Source: Deltaproteobacteria bacterium (GTDB lineage: Bacteria > Desulfobacterota > DSM-4660 > Desulfatiglandales > B25-G16). Taken from it: a stretch of DNA of 55,247 nt. The stretch spans positions 1 to 55,247 of the forward strand of contig JAFDDT010000005.1 in the NCBI GenBank assembly GCA_019310725.1, written 5' to 3'. The notes beneath the pieces were generated by a model. It was given only the letters and a program-made list of their open reading frames with translations, had not been told where the DNA came from and ran no database searches. Positions 47,624 to 55,247 of this stretch are shown in pieces. Within the stretch, counting starts at the first letter, position 1. Each line of letters opens with the position of its first letter. Position numbers and translations under genes: made by a program.

Positions 47624-48691
47624 AATTTTTAATTCCTTTTTCAGGGCTTCCATTTGATCCCAGACCTCTTCTGGCTCAATGGATAACATACACCTATGAT
47701 CCGATGGACACACCTCTTTCAAACAGGGGCTGCACTCAACGCTATGCCTGACTATTCTTGCGTTTCTGCTAACCGGGCTCGTCCGCATGTGATCAGTAGG
47801 GCCAAATACAGCCACTAGAGGTGTGTCAAAGGCAGCGGCTATGTGCATGAGACCGCTATCATTGGTTACAAAAAAGTTACATCGCTTGATCAATGCCATA
47901 CCCTCACCTAATGTGGTTTTCCCGCAGAGATTGACCGGATCGGTGTGCATTAGTTGTGCTACCTGTGCAGCAACATCTCTCTCCGAAAAAGAACCAAAAA
48001 GCACCACCTTTGCACCCCACCTCTGTGAGGCCCAATCACCGATCACGGCAAACCGCTCCGCTGACCATCTCTTGGCTGATCCGTATGCAGCACCTGGGTT
48101 AATTCCAACTACAAGGTAATTTTCATCAATACCCTCTGTGGCAAGCACTGCATTAGCTGAGGCTACGTCTTTATCATCAAGGTATACGCGCGGCTCTCGG
48201 CGTTCTACCTCCCAACCCATCGCCTCCATGATCCCAAGAAAATATTCAACTTGATGGGCCAAGAGAATGGCCTTATCTCTCTTAACCTTGTGGGTTAAAA
48301 GCAGCCCCCTTCCATCGGTATCATAACCCAATCTATATCTCACTCCTCCCAAAGAGGCCAAGAAAGCAGCCTCAAAGGCATTTTGAAAAAGAACAGCCAG
48401 ATCAAACTTTTCGCGCCTCAGCTCAGATATGATCCTTGCCAACTCTTTGCAGACACTCAGCAAACCCTTACCTTTGTCAATGATCATGATTCTGTCCGCG
48501 GCAGGATGATTCTTTAAGAGCGAAACAACCCATGGATTGGCCAAAACCGTTATCTGGGCATGAGGAAAAGCCCTTCTAACTACTGCCAGGGAGGGAAGCA
48601 TCATCACGGTATCACCTACCCAATTGGTGGATCTTACCAGTATCTTATCAATGTTCTCAGGTGAGATGCTATGCCTTGCTCTAACCCTCAT
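47612..48691 (-). CDS. waaF: LPS heptosyltransferase II
   Basis: NWVGDTVM, NPGAAYGSAKRW, TNDSGLMHIAAA, FGPT. Confidence 0.92.
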   Translation of the reverse strand: MRVRARHSISPENIDKILVRSTNWVGDTVMMLPSLAVVRRAFPHAQITVLANPWVVSLLKNHPAADRIMIIDKGKGLLSVCKELARIISELRREKFDLAVLFQNAFEAAFLASLGGVRYRLGYDTDGRGLLLTHKVKRDKAILLAHQVEYFLGIMEAMGWEVERREPRVYLDDKDVASANAVLATEGIDENYLVVGINPGAAYGSAKRWSAERFAVIGDWASQRWGAKVVLFGSFSERDVAAQVAQLMHTDPVNLCGKTTLGEGMALIKRCNFFVTNDSGLMHIAAAFDTPLVAVFGPTDHMRTSPVSRNARIVRHSVECSPCLKEVCPSDHRCMLSIEPEEVWDQMEALKKELKIVTV

Positions 48692-49794
48692 CTTTTTTTC
48701 ACACCAGAATCAAGGATCCCTTGCTTGATGGTATCAAAAAAGATATCGCTATCTGAAAGAAGCCCCACTTTTATGGTTAATACAGCGATATCTACCCCAA
48801 CATCAATTCTCCCGTCAATCCTGACCCAGTCTTTTTCTGTGGTCAATAAAAAATCGCCTTCCGAGACTTTCTTGCAGGAAGCAAGCTTTCCGATCTCATC
48901 TTGAGTAAAGGAATGATGATCCGAAAAAGCTTTGAAATGAACTACATTAGCTCCCAAGCCCTTCACCATATCCAAAAAATCATCGGGATGAGCCAGCCCT
49001 GCAAAGGCCACTACCTTTTTCCCTGACAAGAAGTCTGGTGGATAGGCTCTACCGTCAAGGGGAAATATAACCTGATCTGGGAGGTGTGCCGATCTAAAGA
49101 TTGGTTTCTCAGGAAAGTTCTTTCGCAAGAAATCTACCATGTCATTGCCGTTACACCCAGCTGCGCATTTGGTCATAACAATGAGATCAGCTCTCTCTAT
49201 CCCCTCAAGTGGCTCCCTCAGGGGACCACAGGGCAGTAACCATTCGTTTCCAAACTGCCTTCTTGCATCTAAAAGGAGAATATCCAGATCCCTGTGTAGT
49301 GATACATGCTGATATCCATCATCCAAGAGCAGAAGTTCTGGATTAAATCGTCGTAGGGCCAGATGCCCTATGAGGTATCTGTTTTTCGATGTCAATACGG
49401 GAATGGATGATACCTTTTTTGCCATAAGCACCGCCTCGTCTCCTGCGTCATCGTAGGTTGCCATAACCTTAGTTCCATCAGAGACAACAAGAAAGTTGTG
49501 ACTTGTTTTCCCTTTGTAGCCCCTCGATAGGATAGCTGCTCCGATGCCATTTTCACTTGCCCACTCAGCCAGCATGGCTACAAATGGTGTTTTCCCAGTA
49601 CCTCCCACTGTAATATTTCCCACACTGACAACACAGGCAGGAAGGAATTCGATCCTGAAAAAACCGGCCTTATAGGCAATGAGTCTGAGCCTGACAGCAA
49701 TGCCATAAAAAAAGGAAATGGTCCTCAGAAAAAAGGTGAGTGCATTCCCCTGTTTCTTTTCTTGAATGGTTAACCAATTAACCCACTTCATCAC
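48688..49794 (-). CDS. lpxK: Tetraacyldisaccharide 4'-kinase
   Basis: SVGNITVGGTGKTP, LSRGY, GDE, LDDGYQH, GPLRE, TTEKD. Confidence 0.95.
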   Translation of the reverse strand: MMKWVNWLTIQEKKQGNALTFFLRTISFFYGIAVRLRLIAYKAGFFRIEFLPACVVSVGNITVGGTGKTPFVAMLAEWASENGIGAAILSRGYKGKTSHNFLVVSDGTKVMATYDDAGDEAVLMAKKVSSIPVLTSKNRYLIGHLALRRFNPELLLLDDGYQHVSLHRDLDILLLDARRQFGNEWLLPCGPLREPLEGIERADLIVMTKCAAGCNGNDMVDFLRKNFPEKPIFRSAHLPDQVIFPLDGRAYPPDFLSGKKVVAFAGLAHPDDFLDMVKGLGANVVHFKAFSDHHSFTQDEIGKLASCKKVSEGDFLLTTEKDWVRIDGRIDVGVDIAVLTIKVGLLSDSDIFFDTIKQGILDSGVKKR

Positions 49795-50009
49795 TCAGAT
49801 TAAATCCACCTGTGGAGTATAAGGTTGATTGTGTTGCTTGTGAGCTTCTTGAGTTTATTGTGCTCATAGCGCATCAAAGGCGTAACAAAATTGGAAATTC
49901 CAGGCTCCTCCTTGCAACGGTCTGCCTTGCGAAGCAGCCGGGCCCGCATGCAAGGCGGTTAGTCTGTTAAAGGACCTTTATTTCCGTCCTGCCCTCTGGG
50001 TGGCGTTTT

Positions 50010-50240
50010 TCACTCAATAAGCTCCAAAACGAATCGCTTGTGCATTTTCTTTGAGGCCGCATTGAGTATCGTTCTGATAGACTGCGCCGTGCGTCCTTGC
50101 TTGCCAATTATTTTTCCGAGATCTTCCTTGGCCACTTTCAGCTCAATCACTGAGGTCTGCTCTCCCTCTATTACTGTAACCACCACTTCCTCTGGTTTGT
50201 CCACAAGCGCCTTTGCAATGTTTGTAATCAAGTCCTTCAT
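50010..50240 (-). CDS. khpA: KH domain RNA-binding protein (KhpA family)
   Basis: [24 protein letters not shown]. Confidence 0.9.
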   Translation of the reverse strand: MKDLITNIAKALVDKPEEVVVTVIEGEQTSVIELKVAKEDLGKIIGKQGRTAQSIRTILNAASKKMHKRFVLELIE

Positions 50241-50436
50241 CTTACCTCACCTCCATGCTTGGTATCGCTACCACATCACTTTGATTTGCTGTTGAAGGAG
50301 ATTTCAGCTGCCAACAGCGCCATATTTTACACTGTACCCCCAGCTTCCCATACTGATCTCTGGCTTAAATGGTCTACCCCGCAGAGTGATTAAGTCATTT
50401 ATCTTTTTCCTTTCCGTCCCTTTCTTTTCAATTATT

Positions 50437-51918
50437 CTACAAATAATTTCCGAAAATCTTTCGGAAATGGAATCCGTAAACGGCAAAAGTAAGTGCTAGA
50501 TGAAAAAGTTGTGGGCGCCTGAATAAAGACCACATAAAGAGCCTCCAGTAATAAAGCCTTTCCCTCTCTATGATACCCAAGAATAATATGGATTTAAAGA
50601 ATGCTCCAAGGTAGCTGAAATGAAAACGAAATACCTTTTTTTGGGATGGCTCATATTCTCTCAAAAACTCCTTGACCCGTCTATAGTATGGTTCAGGGGA
50701 ATAAATTCTGCTGATAATCTTCTTATAACCCTTAATGAGCACTTCGTAATCCATCTTGGGGATGAAGTTGATCGAAAAATCTGTATTGTCACCCGATACA
50801 TCGTTCAACAACCTGCCCTCTTTTACAAGTCGCTGGTAGAGACTGGTACTACGCGGAGCATTCAGTAACCCTACCATGGCGGTGACAATTCCACTTTCCT
50901 GGATAAATACACTAAGTCTTTCGAAAATCGAAGGCGGATCACTATCAAACCCTACGATGAACCCCCCTACCACCTGCAAACCAAATTTCTGGATTTTTTT
51001 TACACAGGCCACCAGGTCGCGATTTCTGTTCTGAACTTTGTTGCATTCTGCCAAGCTTTCCTCGTTTGGTGTCTCAATGCCAACAAATACTGAAGTAAAC
51101 CCAGCCTTGACCATGCATTGCATAAGCTCCTCGTCGTCAGAAAGATCTATAGACGCCTCTGTATAAAAAAAGAAGGGATGTTTTCTTCTTTCCATCCACT
51201 CAATTATGGCGGGCAAAATTTCTTCTTTTAACTTTCTCTTTCTTCCGACGAAGTTATCGTCAACAAAAAACAGATCGCCTCTCCAGCCTTGGGAGTAGAG
51301 ATCTTCTAATTCATCAATTATTTGGGTTTCACTCTTTGTACGCACTTTTCGCCCATAAAGCGCCGAGATGTTGCAAAATTCACAATTATAGGGACAACCC
51401 CGGGAATACTGAATACTCATAACTGCATATTTCTTCATATCGATTAGGTCCCAGAGTGGAAGAGGTGTCTTTTGTATGTCAGGTAATTCTTGAGAGGTAT
51501 AAATATGTTGGGGACATCCATTCTTCAAATCTTCTAAAAAGGGCTGAAGTGTGATTTCAGCCTCATTAAGCACAAAATGATCCACATCCTCGAACTCTTC
51601 GTATTCAAGCGTAAAAAGGGGACCACCAGCCACAACCTTGATATCCATTTTTCTGCACCTGCTAATTACTTCTTTAACCGATTCTTTTTGGATAGACATA
51701 GCGCTAACAAAAACGAAATCAGCCCATTCAAGGTCTTTATCCCTCAGTGCGGTTACATTCATATCTATGAGTTTTTTCTCCCACTCCTTTGGAAGCATTG
51801 CTGCTACAGTCAACAACCCCAACGGCGGGTGAGTTGCCTTTTTAGAGATAAATTTCAAAGCGCCCTTAAAACTCCAGAAGGTATCAAGATATTTTGGATA
51901 AACGAGAAGTATTTTCAT
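50437..51918 (-). CDS. B12-binding radical SAM protein with DUF4070 C-terminus
   Basis: TFWSF, PPLGLLTVAAMLP, SRGCPYNCEFC, FVDDNF, GFIVGFD. Confidence 0.88.
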   Translation of the reverse strand: MKILLVYPKYLDTFWSFKGALKFISKKATHPPLGLLTVAAMLPKEWEKKLIDMNVTALRDKDLEWADFVFVSAMSIQKESVKEVISRCRKMDIKVVAGGPLFTLEYEEFEDVDHFVLNEAEITLQPFLEDLKNGCPQHIYTSQELPDIQKTPLPLWDLIDMKKYAVMSIQYSRGCPYNCEFCNISALYGRKVRTKSETQIIDELEDLYSQGWRGDLFFVDDNFVGRKRKLKEEILPAIIEWMERRKHPFFFYTEASIDLSDDEELMQCMVKAGFTSVFVGIETPNEESLAECNKVQNRNRDLVACVKKIQKFGLQVVGGFIVGFDSDPPSIFERLSVFIQESGIVTAMVGLLNAPRSTSLYQRLVKEGRLLNDVSGDNTDFSINFIPKMDYEVLIKGYKKIISRIYSPEPYYRRVKEFLREYEPSQKKVFRFHFSYLGAFFKSILFLGIIERERLYYWRLFMWSLFRRPQLFHLALTFAVYGFHFRKIFGNYL

Positions 51919-52119
51919 ACAATCTACCTCATTCATGGTTTATGTGAAAAACGACAAGAAGCTTTCGACTAATTTGTTTATATTTAAACCGGTTATCTAT
52001 GCCACCAATACATATCTCCCCACCCGACAGGCTAATATCTATTAATAATGAGAAAATTCCACATCTATCTAAAACTCAAATATCCACAATTAACACTCAA
52101 AAGACCTCCTTTTCTACTT

Positions 52120-54351
52120 CTAAGCCTGTGCAGGGAGTTCGATGGTAAACCTGGTGCCCTTTGGCTTATTATCTTCAACCCTGATAAAACCATTATGATC
52201 GCTGATTATCCTGCTCACAATAGCAAGACCCAAGCCTGTACCAGACTTCTTTGTGGAAAAATACGGCTCAAAGAGCCTTTGCTTGTCCTGCTCGGCAATA
52301 CCAGTACCGGTATCAACCACTTCGATTTTGACAAGCCCTAATAGGTCATCGAAAAGGAGCTTGACCGTAATCTTTCCCTTGCCAGGAATCGCCGCCACAG
52401 CGTTGTCTAATAGATTGATCATGACCCTTTTTATCTGTTCCCTGTCAACCTTAAACGCGGGAACGTTATCATTGTCAACAAAATCGAATCTAATATCTTT
52501 GTACATATCCTTGTACAATAGAATCGCATCTTGAATTATGGGTTTGATATTACCCCTCACTGGATTAGAGGTAGGCATGCGGGCAAAATTGGAGAATTCA
52601 TTGACCAACACCTTCAACTCTTCAACGTTATCTATTATCAGCCTTGTACACTCATCAAAAACGGTTCCGTTCTCCTGTGCCAAACGCTTGCCGTACTTTC
52701 TTCTCAATCTCTGTGCCGAAAGCTGAATTGGGGTCAATGGATTTTTCACCTCGTGTGCAATGCGCCTGGCCACCTCTCTCCATGCTGCCATTCTCTGCGC
52801 CCTCTCCAATTCAGTCAGATCCTCAAATACCGCGACCAATCCGAGATAATTACCACGATCATCCTTCAAGACCTTTAATGAGACCAGCAACTTTAAAGAA
52901 CGCCCCCGTATCGAAATCCCAATCTCCTTTTGCATAAATCCCTTGCTGAAGAGATTTTTGTCTGCTATGAACCGGCTAATAATTGACCAATATTTAGTAC
53001 CGAGCACATCCGAATAATGCCTGCCAATTATATCTTTAGAAGAGATATCGAGCATCTCTTCCGCTGATTTGTTTATTGTCGAAATTACCCCGTCAGAATC
53101 TGCCGATATAACGCCAGCGGCTACATTTTCTAAAACCGTCTCCATATAGAGCCTGCGCTCCTCTGATTCCTTAGTGCTCTTAATCAAATCCCGGTTGACT
53201 GAATTAAGTTTTCTTCTGCCTTCCCTCAGATCTCTTGTCATCTGATTGAATGAATTTACAAGAACGCCTATCTCATCCTTAGGCTCCATATTGATACGAA
53301 AATTATAATCGCCAGATGCAATCCTATTAGTAGCCTTGGCGAGCTCTTCTATAGGCACAGTCACCCCCTTTGACAAGTAAAAACCAAACCAAACCGCCGA
53401 AAATATAACGAGAATAGTCACAATAGACAGCGTGATGAGATGGGTTAATTTAATAGGTTGCTTGAGCATCTTGAGTTGTTTATACCCTTGCAGACCTTTA
53501 TCAATGGTCGCCAGTCTTGTGGAAACCACTCCTGGGACAAATTTCGCAAGAAAAAGCGCCCCTACCTGTGCCTTAGTCTCAGTTCGTGAGAATATGGGAA
53601 CAATCCCCCTGACCAGGTCGCCGTGTGAGGAACTTTGAATGTCCTTTATGTCAGTTGAATCCTTAAAACTCTTGCGCAACAGGTCAACACTTAGCGCTTT
53701 AAAGGGTTTCAAATCAACCCTGCGGTCATTAGAAACGACCTTGGGCTGCAACTTTGATGAAAAGACCTGAATCGTGGCGAGATTGTATTCCCTCCTTTTT
53801 TCCTTTAAAAAAGCTTGCAGTTGGTCTGCACGAGATACCAACATATACCCATTATGGGTAATGACGGAACTCAGGTTATTGCCAAAGGCCAGGACCTCGT
53901 CTCCAATTCTGGCATAGTAGTCCTGACCAGCCTCTAGTGATTTTTGAAGAGACTGTTCAATTTGAAGATTAAACCAGTAATCAATCGAGAGGGAAATAAA
54001 TTGAACTGAAACAAAAAAGATGATGATCGTTGGCAAAAGAGAAAGGATTACGAAGGCAAGAACAAGCTTAGCCCTCAGGCCAGAACCCATTACTTTCTTT
54101 TTTCTCTCAAAAACCAGCTTGACCAGGTTTCTCATAGTCAAATAGAGGAGAAGTAGTACTAGGATCACATTGATATCAATGAGGGCAAAAATCAGGATGC
54201 TGTCGGCGATAGGCAATTCAATACCAAGATCAAGAACTTTGGTACCCAGATAGGTAAGCAACACAATGGTGGGAAGTATGATGCATATGATGAGTATTTC
54301 TCGTCTTCGTCTCTTTAGATCTTCTTTTTTTAGATCCATATGTTTTATCAT
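52120..54351 (-). CDS. NtrY-like sensor histidine kinase (TM, HAMP, PAS, HisKA, HATPase)
   Basis: AWREVARRIAHEVKNPLTPIQLSA, NLLDNA, DTGTG, FEPYFSTK, GTGLGL. Confidence 0.92.
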   Translation of the reverse strand: MIKHMDLKKEDLKRRRREILIICIILPTIVLLTYLGTKVLDLGIELPIADSILIFALIDINVILVLLLLYLTMRNLVKLVFERKKKVMGSGLRAKLVLAFVILSLLPTIIIFFVSVQFISLSIDYWFNLQIEQSLQKSLEAGQDYYARIGDEVLAFGNNLSSVITHNGYMLVSRADQLQAFLKEKRREYNLATIQVFSSKLQPKVVSNDRRVDLKPFKALSVDLLRKSFKDSTDIKDIQSSSHGDLVRGIVPIFSRTETKAQVGALFLAKFVPGVVSTRLATIDKGLQGYKQLKMLKQPIKLTHLITLSIVTILVIFSAVWFGFYLSKGVTVPIEELAKATNRIASGDYNFRINMEPKDEIGVLVNSFNQMTRDLREGRRKLNSVNRDLIKSTKESEERRLYMETVLENVAAGVISADSDGVISTINKSAEEMLDISSKDIIGRHYSDVLGTKYWSIISRFIADKNLFSKGFMQKEIGISIRGRSLKLLVSLKVLKDDRGNYLGLVAVFEDLTELERAQRMAAWREVARRIAHEVKNPLTPIQLSAQRLRRKYGKRLAQENGTVFDECTRLIIDNVEELKVLVNEFSNFARMPTSNPVRGNIKPIIQDAILLYKDMYKDIRFDFVDNDNVPAFKVDREQIKRVMINLLDNAVAAIPGKGKITVKLLFDDLLGLVKIEVVDTGTGIAEQDKQRLFEPYFSTKKSGTGLGLAIVSRIISDHNGFIRVEDNKPKGTRFTIELPAQA

Positions 54352-54356
54352 CGTTC

Positions 54357-54929
54357 TTAGTATCTAAAACTCACTGAATACCAGTCGGTCTCAAAATCCC
54401 ACAGGGAGAGAAAAAAGAAGACATAGTTCAAATAAAAGGGCAATTCAATCTTATCAAGCTCTGCCTTCAGCCGGAGCTGGTAGTGGAGCCCTCTTTTGAG
54501 ATTGGCAAGATTAGTCACCGTTAGGGCAACCACCCCTGCCATTAATTTCCTGGCCTCCTCAAAATCTTTGGTTATGATCCTTTTGTTGTTCTGTTCTGGC
54601 AGAAAAAGGGTAAACTCGTTTTTCAAGGTATTGTACGCTATAGTATGCGTCAACCTAATATCCGCAATCTCGGTATCAAATCTCTTTGGCTTGACCTCAT
54701 ACAGTTTGATAATAAAGGTAAATTTGGTCTCAATCCCATTCATGATGGCCTTATTCATTTCCTCGGTAAAGCACTCCTCGACCTTGAAATAAACAAGGAG
54801 ATGATCCAGCGTATTTGTGACAATTATATCTGATAGGTGTGCCTCTTTTTTTGCAGAAGAAGACTCGGGAGAGATACAGACAAGGAAAACGATACCCAGG
54901 GCACAAAAAATACTCTTTTTTACCATCAT
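54357..54929 (-). CDS. DUF4390 family exported protein
   Basis: Signal peptide, LPFYL...WDFETDWY C-terminus, position upstream of the NtrY-like kinase. Confidence 0.75.
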   Translation of the reverse strand: MMVKKSIFCALGIVFLVCISPESSSAKKEAHLSDIIVTNTLDHLLVYFKVEECFTEEMNKAIMNGIETKFTFIIKLYEVKPKRFDTEIADIRLTHTIAYNTLKNEFTLFLPEQNNKRIITKDFEEARKLMAGVVALTVTNLANLKRGLHYQLRLKAELDKIELPFYLNYVFFFLSLWDFETDWYSVSFRY

Positions 54930-55247
54930 ATGATATGAAGAAATTCCTTCTGATTACAGGAAAGTCCAGCCATCCCCTCTCTCTGGAAAAGGTTCTAGCT
55001 TGCCGCTCACAAGAAGACTGAACAGAATCTCGGACGCCATGCCGTAACTAAAGTCAGGATATCATAGAAAAAAGGTGGGATTATTGCAAGGGATTTAATT
55101 AGCAGGGTAACGTCAAAGTCCAGGGTATGGGTGTCTTTTTTTTGGTTATGCCCTATGACATGGCCCCTTACTGGGTCGATTCAAAATGGTTTATTGAGCC
55201 ATAAGCCTTAGAATCATAGGCTCCATCTATATAAACCATTTTGAAAC

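Noticed and set aside
51944-52090. DnaA-box-like motifs (TGTGAAAAA, AATTCCACA, ATATCCACA), with similar ones near 39600-39670
   Set aside because: Few and mostly mismatched in AT-rich DNA; an origin is also inconsistent with the nearby dif site.
55221-55247. CRISPR repeat (ends in TTGAAAC)
   Set aside because: Only one unit, no spacer periodicity and no cas genes; it is explained by a local inverted repeat.

Overview
A 55 kb chromosomal segment of a moderately AT-rich anaerobic Gram-negative bacterium. The gene content suggests Desulfobacterota, which is an inference. Housekeeping genes include the mtaD-pnp purine salvage pair, nadK, miaB, hbd, efp, rdgB, yggS, ttcA, argC, maf, rlmB and gmk-remA-yicC. 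The window also holds a liv-type ABC transporter, a NuoE/F/G-like diaphorase module with no catalytic subunit, an LPS core/lipid A cluster with two methyltransferases, a B12 radical SAM enzyme and an NtrY-like kinase. No tRNA, rRNA, CRISPR array or transposase was seen. Five observations stand out. (1) A dif-like XerCD site at 8050-8077 suggests the replication terminus. (2) A ParB-like gene and a spore-photoproduct-lyase-like radical SAM gene form a pair next to that site. (3) Small non-autonomous elements with GTAA-type ends and 8-bp target duplications each carry different palindromic cargo, and one has rewritten the waaF C-terminus. (4) Degenerate 7-9-mer repeat arrays sit at gene 3' ends. 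(5) A YchF paralog has degenerate NTPase motifs. All calls come from motif recognition by eye; no database searches were run.
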